The notes under the pieces: model-generated | Databases searched by the model: none | What the model was told of the DNA's origin: nothing | Seen by the model: the letters and a program-made list of their open reading frames with translations, nothing else | Assembly (NCBI GenBank): GCA_964467655.1 | Contig: CAYXSN010000006.1 | Coordinates: forward strand, 9,601 to 73,600 | Reading direction: 5' to 3' | From: an uncultured Candidatus Saccharimonadales bacterium | GTDB lineage: Bacteria; Patescibacteriota; Saccharimonadia; UBA4664 | Length of the DNA: 64,000 nucleotides | Made by a program: the position numbers and the translations under genes | Shown here: piece by piece, positions 36,236 through 45,490 of the stretch | Position numbering within the stretch: position 1 is the first letter of the stretch | Layout: each line of letters opens with the position of its first letter

Positions 36236-37462
36236 CTACTTGAGTTTATTGGCCCCACCCGATCCAACCAGACCGTACACTGGCAGCAACACCGCCACGA
36301 TCACTCCCCCGACCACTACACCCAGCACTACCATCAACAGGGGCTCGATAGTAGTCGACAAATTCTTGACCTCTTCATCGACTTCACTTTCATAATAAAT
36401 AGCTACCCGATCAAGCATAGAGTCAATAGCGCCAGACTGTTCGCCAATCTTGATCATTTGAGGCACAAGCTTCAAAAAGGTGGATTTATCTTCAAGGGTC
36501 GACGATAACGCCTTACCGCCTTTCACGCTCGATATCGACTTTTCCAGATCGTTTTCCACGTGCACGTTACCGATGGATTCTTTGACAATTCTCATAGCTT
36601 CAAGCATCGGAATACCGCTGGCCAACATGGTGCTTAAGGTGCGGGCAAACCTAGCCATATAAACCTTACGAAAAATCCGTGAAAACAATGGCATTTCGAG
36701 CTTAAGTCTGTCCAAAGTAGAGCGACCGACGGGAGTCCGAGCGTAACTGCGCAAACCCATAACCATACCCACCAATGCCACAATACAGATATACCAGAAA
36801 CGAACCATAAAATCAGACAAGGCTAGGAGGATTTTAGTAGTTATAGGCAGGTCAGCATTTAAATCCTTATACAAACCACCCACTTGAGGTAGGACTGTCG
36901 TCAACATGAATACCAACACCCCCACAATCACCGCCAAAACAATCACAGGGTAGACCAAAGCGCTCCTGACTTTACCCAAAATGGCAGCATCTTTTTCTTG
37001 TTGGTTAGCAATGCGTTCTAGAGATTTATCGAGCGAGCCCGATGCCTCACCGGCTGCCACCAAACTAACGTACACGTCACTAAATACGTTGGGGTACCGC
37101 GAAAATGCCTGGTTTAAGGTAGTCCCGCCTTCGACACTAGTAACCACCTCTTGCAGGATTTGCTTCAAGTTCTTGTTTTGAACCTGCTCGCTAACTGTTC
37201 TCAAGCTTTGAGCCAGAGGCAAGCCGGCATTAATCAAAGTTGAAAGCTGGCGGGTAAAGATGATTCTGTCTTTTGTAGGAACCCGGCCACCAAATCCAGC
37301 TTTCTTGAAAAAACCAGCTGACTCCTTAGGTTCAATCGAAATCGGGAACAAACCCTGACCCATGAGAACTTTAGCGGCGGCCGATTCCGATTCGGCCTGA
37401 ACTTCAGCCTTGATGACTTGGTCGCCTTCGGCGCGATGGGCAGTATAAACAAAGCTCCGCAT
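36236..37462 (-). CDS. pilC: Type IV pilus platform protein PilC (GspF family)
   Basis: 408 aa with the two GspF repeats and three TM segments. Confidence 0.8.
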   Translation of the reverse strand: MRSFVYTAHRAEGDQVIKAEVQAESESAAAKVLMGQGLFPISIEPKESAGFFKKAGFGGRVPTKDRIIFTRQLSTLINAGLPLAQSLRTVSEQVQNKNLKQILQEVVTSVEGGTTLNQAFSRYPNVFSDVYVSLVAAGEASGSLDKSLERIANQQEKDAAILGKVRSALVYPVIVLAVIVGVLVFMLTTVLPQVGGLYKDLNADLPITTKILLALSDFMVRFWYICIVALVGMVMGLRSYARTPVGRSTLDRLKLEMPLFSRIFRKVYMARFARTLSTMLASGIPMLEAMRIVKESIGNVHVENDLEKSISSVKGGKALSSTLEDKSTFLKLVPQMIKIGEQSGAIDSMLDRVAIYYESEVDEEVKNLSTTIEPLLMVVLGVVVGGVIVAVLLPVYGLVGSGGANKLK

Positions 37463-37469
37463 ACCTGTA

Positions 37470-38540
37470 CTAGCCCCTCATCAGCCTTTCTAACTCTTGA
37501 ACATCCACGGCAAAGTTCTTGGCTTCATCGTAAGTAATCTTGCCTTGCTGAATTAAGCTAACTAACGTGTGATCCATACTCTGCATACCATGTTCTGCAC
37601 CGGTCTGAATCACGGCATCTAGCTGGTGGGTTTTACCTTCACGGATAATATTGCGGACGGCTCCCGTCACTACGAGAATTTCAGCTGCCACCACCCGGCC
37701 GCCGCCAATACCCGGCACCAAGCGCTGGCTACAAATGCCTTGCAGCATACCAGCAATCTGTACCCTGATCTGCTGTTGCTGGTGAGGCGGGAATACGTCA
37801 ATCATACGATCGATAGACTGGGCGGCATTGTTGGTATGCAGAGTAGCTAGCACCAAGTGGCCGGTTTCAGCAATAGTTACTGCCGCCGAAATAGTCTCAA
37901 GATCGCGCATCTCACCGATGAGCACAACATCTGGATCCTGGCGCAAACTCGACCTCAAGGCAGCAGCAAAACTGTAGGTATCGTAGTGAATTTCCCGCTG
38001 AACCACAATCGATTTTTTGGAATTGTGGGCGTACTCAATCGGGTCTTCAATCGTCACAATGTGACAGGCCCGTTCAGAGTTGATCTTATCAACCATAGCC
38101 GCCAGAGTCGTACTCTTACCCGATCCAGTCGGTCCCGTTACCAGCACCAACCCACGCGGAAACTCAGTAAACCCACTCAAGATCTTGGGCATTTGCAGAT
38201 CTTCAAGCGTGCGGATCTTACTGGGAATTAGCCTTAAAGCAGCTGCTAAATTACCGCGCTCGTGGAAGGCATTGACGCGGAAGCGACCATAGTTGCCAAA
38301 AGAGAATGAGAAGTCGACTTCCTTATCCTTGATCAAGATTTCTTTCTGGTCATCATCAAGAATTGAAAAGATCAGCTTTTCGACATCATCAGGCGCCAGA
38401 ACCGGCGCATCAGACACCGGCCGTAAGGCGCCGTCCACCCGCAACATCGGCGCCAGACCTACTTGCAAATGCAAGTCAGAGGCGTCAGCCCGAATCACTT
38501 GTTCCAGTAGCAGCTCAATCTTCAACGCAGTTTTTTCCAC
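37470..38540 (-). CDS. pilT: Twitching-motility retraction ATPase PilT
   Basis: 356 aa with Walker A GPTGSGKSTT and PilT-type motifs (AIETGHLVLATLHTNNAAQSIDR). Confidence 0.85.
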   Translation of the reverse strand: MEKTALKIELLLEQVIRADASDLHLQVGLAPMLRVDGALRPVSDAPVLAPDDVEKLIFSILDDDQKEILIKDKEVDFSFSFGNYGRFRVNAFHERGNLAAALRLIPSKIRTLEDLQMPKILSGFTEFPRGLVLVTGPTGSGKSTTLAAMVDKINSERACHIVTIEDPIEYAHNSKKSIVVQREIHYDTYSFAAALRSSLRQDPDVVLIGEMRDLETISAAVTIAETGHLVLATLHTNNAAQSIDRMIDVFPPHQQQQIRVQIAGMLQGICSQRLVPGIGGGRVVAAEILVVTGAVRNIIREGKTHQLDAVIQTGAEHGMQSMDHTLVSLIQQGKITYDEAKNFAVDVQELERLMRG

Positions 38541-38596
38541 TCGTCACCTCAAAAGTTACATCTATTAAAGCACAAGCTGTATGAGCTTCACAAGCT

Positions 38597-40369
38597 TTAG
38601 AAATCAGCTGCCACCCGGGCAACTTCTTCTAGGGTTGTTAAGCCATTCAAAGCTTTGAGGTAGCCGTCCTGTTTCATGGTCAACATACCGTCTTTTTGGG
38701 CTTGGTTTTGGACGTCGGTAGTCGTAGCGTGCTGACTCAGCAGTCGCTCCATATCAGTCGTTATCCCAAATACTTCGTAAATACCCACCCGGCCTTTATA
38801 GCCCTTGGAGCAAGCCTTACAACCCACAGCTTTGTACATGGTGTACGATTCCTTGCCGGCTAACGGCAATATGTCGTAGCCGATGTCTTCACCGCTTTTC
38901 TTCATGCCGGACTCAGACTTTGGTAAAACCTCGCCCAACGTGGTCATAACGGATTTGGTCTCAATCGGACTCGTTTCGTAGGCGGTTTTACATTTTTCGC
39001 ACAAACGCCTCACTAAGCGCTGCCCAATCACAGTATTAATCGTGCTAGCAATCAAAAAAGGCTCGATGCCCATATCAAGTAACCGGGGTAGCACACCAGC
39101 AGCGCTGTTGGTATGGATTGTACTTAAAACCACGTGGCCGGTCAGGGCAGCCTGCACTGCCAAATCTGCGGTTTCCTTATCCCGGATCTCCCCCACCAAC
39201 ACCACATTGGGATCTTGGCGCAAGATACTACGCAGGCCACTAGCGAAAGTCAGGCCGACATCAGCATTGACTTGGATTTGGTTAATACCATCCATTTTGT
39301 ACTCAACCGGATCTTCCAGTGTCACAATGTTAATCGATACATCTTTGAGCGCCTGAACCACAGCATACAAAGTCGTGCTCTTCCCCGAACCTGTAGGACC
39401 CGTTGACAATGTCATGCCATGAGGTCGGTGAATACCATCGCTAATCACCCGCAAAGCCCGGCCATGAAAGCCAAGGGCCTCAAGCGTCATGATGCTCGAA
39501 TCCTTTTCCAACAAGCGAATGACCACTTGCTCCCCCCAGACCACGGGCGATATGGCAATACGCAAGTCGATCTCTTTACCACCTGAGCTAATCTGGAACT
39601 GACCGTCCTGTGGCACACGGTGCTCATCAATCCGTAAGTTGCTCAAAATTTTTATACGCGAAATGAGGGCCGGTTCGATGCCTTTGGGTAGCGTCATGGT
39701 TTCCTGCAAAATACCGTCAACACGATAGCGGATCTTGAGCTCCTTTTCCCGAGGCTCAATATGAATATCTGACGCCCGGCTCTGGGCCGCATAATCCAGA
39801 ATGGCATTCAGAGCTCTGGTAATAGGCGCGTCCTGCACCAGCGTCTGCATCGACTTGGCGTCCTTGACGGGCACTTGAGGGTGGTCATCCACCCTGGCAA
39901 CATCGATCGCCGAAGCCACGTCTGCTGCCACATCGCTATGGAACTGGCCGAGGATGTGATCAATAGAGGCCCGAGAAGCCAAATACACGATCACGGTGTT
40001 ACCCACTTTGCGGCTCAGAAAATCAACAGCCTGGATGTTGGTGGGATCAAGCATCGCCACGGCTAATTTGCCTTGTTGCATACCGAAAGGCACAGCCATA
40101 TAGGTTTCAGCTGTTGGTCGTGGCAACATCTTGGTGATGTCCTGAGGCACAGTCATGTTAGTCAGATTGACATACGGCACCCCCATAGCAGCCGCAGACA
40201 ATCTGGTGAGGTCCTCCTCCTTGACTACCCCCTGCTCGGCAATATAGGCGATGAAAGGCTTGTGAGCTTTCTCGGCTTCTGCCCGCATGGCATCAAGCTT
40301 CTCTGAAGGCATGTAATTACCTTCAAGCAGCAGCTGTTCAATCTTTTTCTGGCCTTCAACGGATAGCAT
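38597..40369 (-). CDS. pilB: Type IV pilus assembly ATPase PilB (GspE family)
   Basis: 590 aa with an N-terminal GspII-like domain, Walker A GPTGSGKSTT and a tetracysteine motif (CEKC...CKAC). Confidence 0.85.
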   Translation of the reverse strand: MLSVEGQKKIEQLLLEGNYMPSEKLDAMRAEAEKAHKPFIAYIAEQGVVKEEDLTRLSAAAMGVPYVNLTNMTVPQDITKMLPRPTAETYMAVPFGMQQGKLAVAMLDPTNIQAVDFLSRKVGNTVIVYLASRASIDHILGQFHSDVAADVASAIDVARVDDHPQVPVKDAKSMQTLVQDAPITRALNAILDYAAQSRASDIHIEPREKELKIRYRVDGILQETMTLPKGIEPALISRIKILSNLRIDEHRVPQDGQFQISSGGKEIDLRIAISPVVWGEQVVIRLLEKDSSIMTLEALGFHGRALRVISDGIHRPHGMTLSTGPTGSGKSTTLYAVVQALKDVSINIVTLEDPVEYKMDGINQIQVNADVGLTFASGLRSILRQDPNVVLVGEIRDKETADLAVQAALTGHVVLSTIHTNSAAGVLPRLLDMGIEPFLIASTINTVIGQRLVRRLCEKCKTAYETSPIETKSVMTTLGEVLPKSESGMKKSGEDIGYDILPLAGKESYTMYKAVGCKACSKGYKGRVGIYEVFGITTDMERLLSQHATTTDVQNQAQKDGMLTMKQDGYLKALNGLTTLEEVARVAADF

Positions 40370-40378
40370 AGGCTAGCC

Positions 40379-40642
40379 TCACTGACCAAACGGCTGCTTG
40401 TTGCCCAAACCCGACAAATCCATGACTGGATTATAATCTTGGGTTTTGTGTGCTCCGTCTTTACCTTGCAGAGCCTGTAAGCCAGCCCCGTCCAATGTGG
40501 CCGGAATCGCCCCGACCCTTTCGATCTCCACGCCATCTTGTTTCGTACTACTTTTTGGCATGAGCTGCGTGTAAGCAACATAACCTGCCGCAAGAAAAAT
40601 GGTTGCTGCCAAGAGTAGATAGACCAGGTCTCGCTGTTTCAT
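40379..40642 (-). CDS. Small membrane-anchored protein in the pil operon (possible PilP-like accessory protein)
   Basis: 87 aa with an N-terminal TM segment. Sits between pilO and pilB. Confidence 0.35.
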   Translation of the reverse strand: MKQRDLVYLLLAATIFLAAGYVAYTQLMPKSSTKQDGVEIERVGAIPATLDGAGLQALQGKDGAHKTQDYNPVMDLSGLGNKQPFGQ

Positions 40643-41286
40643 TATTTAATCGTCTCCGTTACAATCGGCAACTTGGAAGTTTTCTCCTGGAAGTAGGTGG
40701 TAATCTCGAGTTGGCTACTCAGAGTTTTATTGCCGCTAATCTGCATATTAGTAACCTTCATCGGCCGGGCGGAGGTTTCAATGGCTTTCAAGAACCTCAC
40801 GGTTGAGTCAAAGCTACCTTCAACCGTCACATTGAACTTAGTACTCTGAGGTGCCGGAGCTCCGACAGTGGCAGTGCCTGATGTGCCAGTTGTAGCACCA
40901 GTCGCCGTAGCAGTAGCAGTTGGTAATGTGCCGGCACCTGGCACGACTGCCCGAACCGTTACACCAGACTGCCCACCCATATTTTCGATAGTCGTTAAAA
41001 TTGAAGCCGAATCTTTATCATTGGGCAGGGCATCGGCTACCACTCGCTGAAGCTCGCCCAATTGACTATAGGCCGCCACCAACAAAGGAGCATTCTCAAC
41101 GTTCTGTTTGAGGGTTGAAGCCGCCTCATCTTTGGCGGTCACCACTTTTTGATCGAGCGCAATCCTGGACCACAATGTTTTACCAGCCAAGGCGGTTAAT
41201 GCTATCACGATAAACGACACCACGATCAATGCGATAATGAGGTTATTGCCTGCCAGTACGGCTTCGGCTTGTTTCCTAGTTGCCAC
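40642..41286 (-). CDS. pilO: Type IV pilus assembly protein PilO-like
   Basis: 214 aa with an N-terminal TM segment, a coiled coil, a periplasmic-type domain and a T/A/G-rich linker. Confidence 0.6.
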   Translation of the reverse strand: MATRKQAEAVLAGNNLIIALIVVSFIVIALTALAGKTLWSRIALDQKVVTAKDEAASTLKQNVENAPLLVAAYSQLGELQRVVADALPNDKDSASILTTIENMGGQSGVTVRAVVPGAGTLPTATATATGATTGTSGTATVGAPAPQSTKFNVTVEGSFDSTVRFLKAIETSARPMKVTNMQISGNKTLSSQLEITTYFQEKTSKLPIVTETIK

Positions 41287-41860
41287 TGAGCACCTCCTGA
41301 GATACGACCCCGTTGATAATGAACTTCACTCCAGAATTACCTGAACTGGTAGCTGTCGGAATGTTAACAGACGAGAAGTAAGCGCTGTTTGGCACATCGG
41401 TACCAACACCTGTTTTGCTGACTCGGCTCATAGATCGTTGCAGCTTGGCTACTGCGGAGTAAGTCTTGGCGGTACCAGTTACCACTAACACATTTTGGTC
41501 GTTCACCGTAAGAGCTTCAATCGTGACATCAAGAGGGCTCGCCGTCACATACGCTTCAAAGAACTTGGTAAACAGAACCCGATTTGTATACAGAGGACCC
41601 AAAGCCGCCACATGCTGCTGAGCATTTAAAGCTGTCATGAGGCCTTGCGTTCCCTCAAGTGCTTCTTTACGCTCTTGAATCTGACGGTTGAGCACCGTAA
41701 TCCTCACTCCCTGACCGGCCGAGTACAGAAACATCACGAGGACGACACCCCCACATAGCATCCACACAAAGAACGACACGGCGATGGCCATTTGTCGGCG
41801 TTGCGACTCCCGTTGCTTGGCCTGCTTGATATCTGGTAATAGATTGATTAGAACACCCAT
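41276..41860 (-). CDS. pilN: Type IV pilus assembly protein PilN-like
   Basis: 194 aa. MGVLINLLPDIKQAKQRESQRR... followed by a single TM segment. Confidence 0.65.
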   Translation of the reverse strand: MGVLINLLPDIKQAKQRESQRRQMAIAVSFFVWMLCGGVVLVMFLYSAGQGVRITVLNRQIQERKEALEGTQGLMTALNAQQHVAALGPLYTNRVLFTKFFEAYVTASPLDVTIEALTVNDQNVLVVTGTAKTYSAVAKLQRSMSRVSKTGVGTDVPNSAYFSSVNIPTATSSGNSGVKFIINGVVSQEVLSGN

Positions 41861-41861
41861 A

Positions 41862-42899
41862 TTACACCATTCCTCGGGCAGCTAAGCCCACAGCCGTGGC
41901 GTACTCCGACGACAAGGCCATCAGTTTATCTTGTAAACCAGAGGGGTAAGATGTGTTGATCCAGGCATTTCCAAATTCTACCGGCAGACCCGTTGAGTTA
42001 GCCAAGAATGGCCCCAACTCAGGCAATGCTGAAGCCGCACCAGTGACTACCAATTTCTCCAGCTTAGCTTCAGGGTAGCGGCCCAGAAAGTATTTGGAAG
42101 ACTTCTCAATTTCAGTCACCATACTATCGAGTGTCGGCTTAATTGCTTTGTACACTTGGCCTTCCAGCTTCGATTGAGTCAAACCAAATTTGTAAGTAAA
42201 CTGGGTAGCTTGAGTTTCGTTCAGTCCCAAGGTTTGGGCTACAGTTCTCACGAAGGTCAGACCGCCTACAGGCACGCTCCTGATCAGGCGAGGCGTATTA
42301 TTAAGCACGATGGAAACGTCACTATCAAGAGAACCAAGGTCAACCACCATCACACCGTTCGGACTCGCCGGCACCAGCGCCCGGGCAGTCGCCATGGCAT
42401 TGGTTTCCAGCGCCAGCGGTTCGAGACCGGCATTCTCGAGCAATTGGACATATTTCTCGACTACCGATACTGGAGCCGCTGTCAATAACACTTCGAGTTG
42501 CTTACCATCCTTGGTTTCGTCGACGACAGCCCAGTCTAGCTTAACCTGGTCGATGGCCATCGGAATGTATTGCTCTGCTTGATAACGTATAGCTTTAGCC
42601 AGCTGGGCACTATCCAGCTTAGGTGTGGTAATAACAGTGGTGAAAACCTTGCTACCCGGTAAGCCCACCACAACCTCTTTGGCGGGCACACGGTTCTCAC
42701 GAACGAGTTGAGCTACCAGCTGACTAATCTTGTCTTGGTCGGCCCTGGAGTCACTCAGCGCCAAGTTAGCCGGCACCGGCAAAGCCCCATATGCTACAAG
42801 GGCAGGATGCACACCACTACGGCGTAACTGTACCAAGCGCACAGCCGTCGATCCAATATCGAGGCCGAAGAATTCTGTCTCTTTTACAAAAAGTCCCAT
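41862..42899 (-). CDS. pilM: Type IV pilus assembly protein PilM (actin-like ATPase)
   Basis: 345 aa. FGLDIGSTAVRLVQL N-terminus and two actin-like subdomains. Confidence 0.8.
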   Translation of the reverse strand: MGLFVKETEFFGLDIGSTAVRLVQLRRSGVHPALVAYGALPVPANLALSDSRADQDKISQLVAQLVRENRVPAKEVVVGLPGSKVFTTVITTPKLDSAQLAKAIRYQAEQYIPMAIDQVKLDWAVVDETKDGKQLEVLLTAAPVSVVEKYVQLLENAGLEPLALETNAMATARALVPASPNGVMVVDLGSLDSDVSIVLNNTPRLIRSVPVGGLTFVRTVAQTLGLNETQATQFTYKFGLTQSKLEGQVYKAIKPTLDSMVTEIEKSSKYFLGRYPEAKLEKLVVTGAASALPELGPFLANSTGLPVEFGNAWINTSYPSGLQDKLMALSSEYATAVGLAARGMV

Positions 42900-42980
42900 T
42901 GCCGCTAGCTTACCATAACCACTTTAGAAACGACAGACTTTTTTGTACTCACCTCTTTGTATCCTCCTAACACACTTCAT

Positions 42981-44894
42981 TTAGAATAATGGCTGCTTTT
43001 CCCCTTGGCCGTCCAGTTCAATCGCTGACACACTGGAGCTAAACAACGGCGGCGGGTTCAAATAAATTTGGGGATTGAGTACTACCCTCTCGGCAATCAC
43101 TGCTCCACTGCCCGACGCCCCCAGCCGGCTAAAACTCATCTGTCTAGCCATCAAAAAGCCGTTGACAGTCAGTTGATTGGCGCAGGCCGATGAGTGATCG
43201 AGGCAAGTGTCAATACGGCCCTGCGATGAAAAAAGATAAGCATCAACCCTGGTAACACCAGCCGCAATACCAATATTACCCTGAGCGATAATACCCAAAC
43301 CTGGTAATGACCGGGCGCTAAAACCGCCTGGATCAACTTGGATACTGCCGTTGATCAGCACCGATCCATTGGGTACCACGATCGTCAGGTTGCCCGAAAT
43401 CGTACCATAGAGTTGTAACGCACCGCCTCCGTTGTAGTAATACACGCCCGACTTGCCGCTCACGTTAAAACTTGGGCCGGCAATATCGGGACCTCGTGGA
43501 CCGGTGTAAGCTGCGGCCACTGCCAGTAAATTGGGGCGACACAATGTAGCATACCCGCCATTAGCGCCGAGGTTCAGGGTATTTGACCCTCGATTTGAGC
43601 TGAAATGGCTGATAGTACCTGAAGCCGCAACCACATAATCGCCATACGATCCGGCAACCAGGTTACCAGTAACAGGACTAGCTAGTGACATCACACCCCC
43701 GCAAATCCCACCCCCAGCATAAACGTCACCATTTTGGGCTGATATGCCAGGATACCTGGGTGATACCACTGTATAAGATACCGTCGTACACACCACAGTA
43801 TTAGTGGCATCTGCTGGCCCAAAGCACACCGGAAACGAGAATATCCCCGATGCCGCAGCCGACACCTGGAACCTAAAGCTCGCGGTTGTCACAGCGCCGC
43901 CCGGTAACGAATTAGTATTCCAGAACCAACTACCACCACTATAAGGTGACACCAAGGTTGAGCCAGTGCTATATCCCCTACTGGCCGTCAAGCCACCAAA
44001 GTCATTCTGATTTGCCGGTGAGCAGGGGTTGCCGGCACAAGGTACATTAACCTGGCCTGGGCGATAAGCCTCGACCTTCCCGGGTAATGAAGCTGCCAAC
44101 GCTGAATTATTAGTCAGAGTAATATTCATATCCACGAAATCACCTGGATTAACTGTGAGTGCCGGCCCAGCCGAAATACTCACTTCAGCCAACACCGAGC
44201 TGGGGAACGCCGATTGCACACCAGTCATATTGGCGCATTTCTTCTTAATCGAAAAAACCGTTCCATCAGGATGATGAAAGACTATCATTTCTTCAGTGCC
44301 TTCATCATGAACGCCACCAAAAATAACATCTGACATAGCCACGGCTCCTGAGGCGTCAGTTGCTACGCCAAACCCATTGATAGTACCGAACGGCATAAAC
44401 ACCATTTCATCAAAGTTTACCGATGCTCCTGGTATGCTACCGTTAGCATACGCCCGCACAGTAGCTTCCCATTGTGGAAACAATGATTGGGCCAATGACA
44501 CTCCTATTTGCCAACGCGTTGGACTTGGCGGGCCTAGCCTTGGGTCGTCAGTCCTCACACCCATCATCATATTGATGATGGCAGATGCCCGAGCAGCGTC
44601 ACCGTCAGGATTCGCAGGATTGTTCAAAAACGCCTGCATTACATTTATAAACTCATCAACCGTCGTAATATCAGTCACATAGTCAGGCGTATCCCAGTCC
44701 AGTGGGATACCATGCGACATAACCCAGGTATGATTAGCCCAGTCATGCCAAGCACCATCGTAATAACCATTCTGACCCACAACCCCAAACGTATCAGCCT
44801 TAATAACTGGAGCAGCCACCAATATGTTCGCGCACCAACCTACGAACCACATCATAAATACCATAAATGTCCGTTGATACTGCCGTTTGTTCAC
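42981..44894 (-). CDS. Large secreted beta-rich protein, copy 1 (T4P-associated, unknown function)
   Basis: 637 aa, signal peptide, Gly/Ser/Asn-rich beta-type repeats, conserved C-terminus ...LDGQGEKQPLF. Paralog of 45487..47403. Confidence 0.5.
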   Translation of the reverse strand: MNKRQYQRTFMVFMMWFVGWCANILVAAPVIKADTFGVVGQNGYYDGAWHDWANHTWVMSHGIPLDWDTPDYVTDITTVDEFINVMQAFLNNPANPDGDAARASAIINMMMGVRTDDPRLGPPSPTRWQIGVSLAQSLFPQWEATVRAYANGSIPGASVNFDEMVFMPFGTINGFGVATDASGAVAMSDVIFGGVHDEGTEEMIVFHHPDGTVFSIKKKCANMTGVQSAFPSSVLAEVSISAGPALTVNPGDFVDMNITLTNNSALAASLPGKVEAYRPGQVNVPCAGNPCSPANQNDFGGLTASRGYSTGSTLVSPYSGGSWFWNTNSLPGGAVTTASFRFQVSAAASGIFSFPVCFGPADATNTVVCTTVSYTVVSPRYPGISAQNGDVYAGGGICGGVMSLASPVTGNLVAGSYGDYVVAASGTISHFSSNRGSNTLNLGANGGYATLCRPNLLAVAAAYTGPRGPDIAGPSFNVSGKSGVYYYNGGGALQLYGTISGNLTIVVPNGSVLINGSIQVDPGGFSARSLPGLGIIAQGNIGIAAGVTRVDAYLFSSQGRIDTCLDHSSACANQLTVNGFLMARQMSFSRLGASGSGAVIAERVVLNPQIYLNPPPLFSSSVSAIELDGQGEKQPLF

Positions 44895-45490
44895 TTGTTA
44901 GCTCCCAAAGTTGCTATCCGTTTTTTAAGCCACGCCACATCTTCAGCATCGGGCGTGCCAGTTGACTGCATAGCATTCAACTGTTTTTCATAATATTGAA
45001 CAGCTGTAGCTTTATCGCCCATCCGCTCCGATACCCGAGCGATTGCCCCATATTCTGCTTGGCGACCTCCCGGATTATGAGACTCAGCATTGCGGTAAGC
45101 CGCTAATGCATCCGACCACTCACCTTTCATTTCATACATAGTACCAATGTAAATATATGCCTCATAACGATTCGCTCGATACCAGCCTCCATGGAGGTAA
45201 CTGTCCATAGCCGATATTCCAACATCAAACTGGTGGGCAGCTCTTGCTGCATCAAGCCTACTCTTGGCTGCATCGAAGTCTTTAGCATCAGCTGATTTTG
45301 CGGTCATCCATACAACCACAGACATGATAGTAACTACTGCAACTATGGCACCTAGTATTAGTAGGAGCCTATGTTGACGATTATTTTGTCTGCGTTCAAC
45401 TTTGGGCATGAATCCACTTACGCTTAACACTCTAAAGTATAGACTCTGGACATATCTACCGCAACCAGTGAATCGATATCTCAAGCTCAA
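44891..45490 (-). CDS. TPR-repeat membrane-anchored protein, copy 1
   Basis: TM helix (LLLILGAIVAVVTIMSVVVWM) followed by TPR-like repeats. Probable start at MPKVERRQ... Paralog of 47400..48008. Confidence 0.5.
   Translation of the reverse strand: MSLRYRFTGCGRYVQSLYFRVLSVSGFMPKVERRQNNRQHRLLLILGAIVAVVTIMSVVVWMTAKSADAKDFDAAKSRLDAARAAHQFDVGISAMDSYLHGGWYRANRYEAYIYIGTMYEMKGEWSDALAAYRNAESHNPGGRQAEYGAIARVSERMGDKATAVQYYEKQLNAMQSTGTPDAEDVAWLKKRIATLGANK

Noticed and set aside
42156-42918. Plus-strand ORFs inside pilM (42156..42488, 42310..42582, 42730..42918)
   Set aside because: Antisense to pilM.
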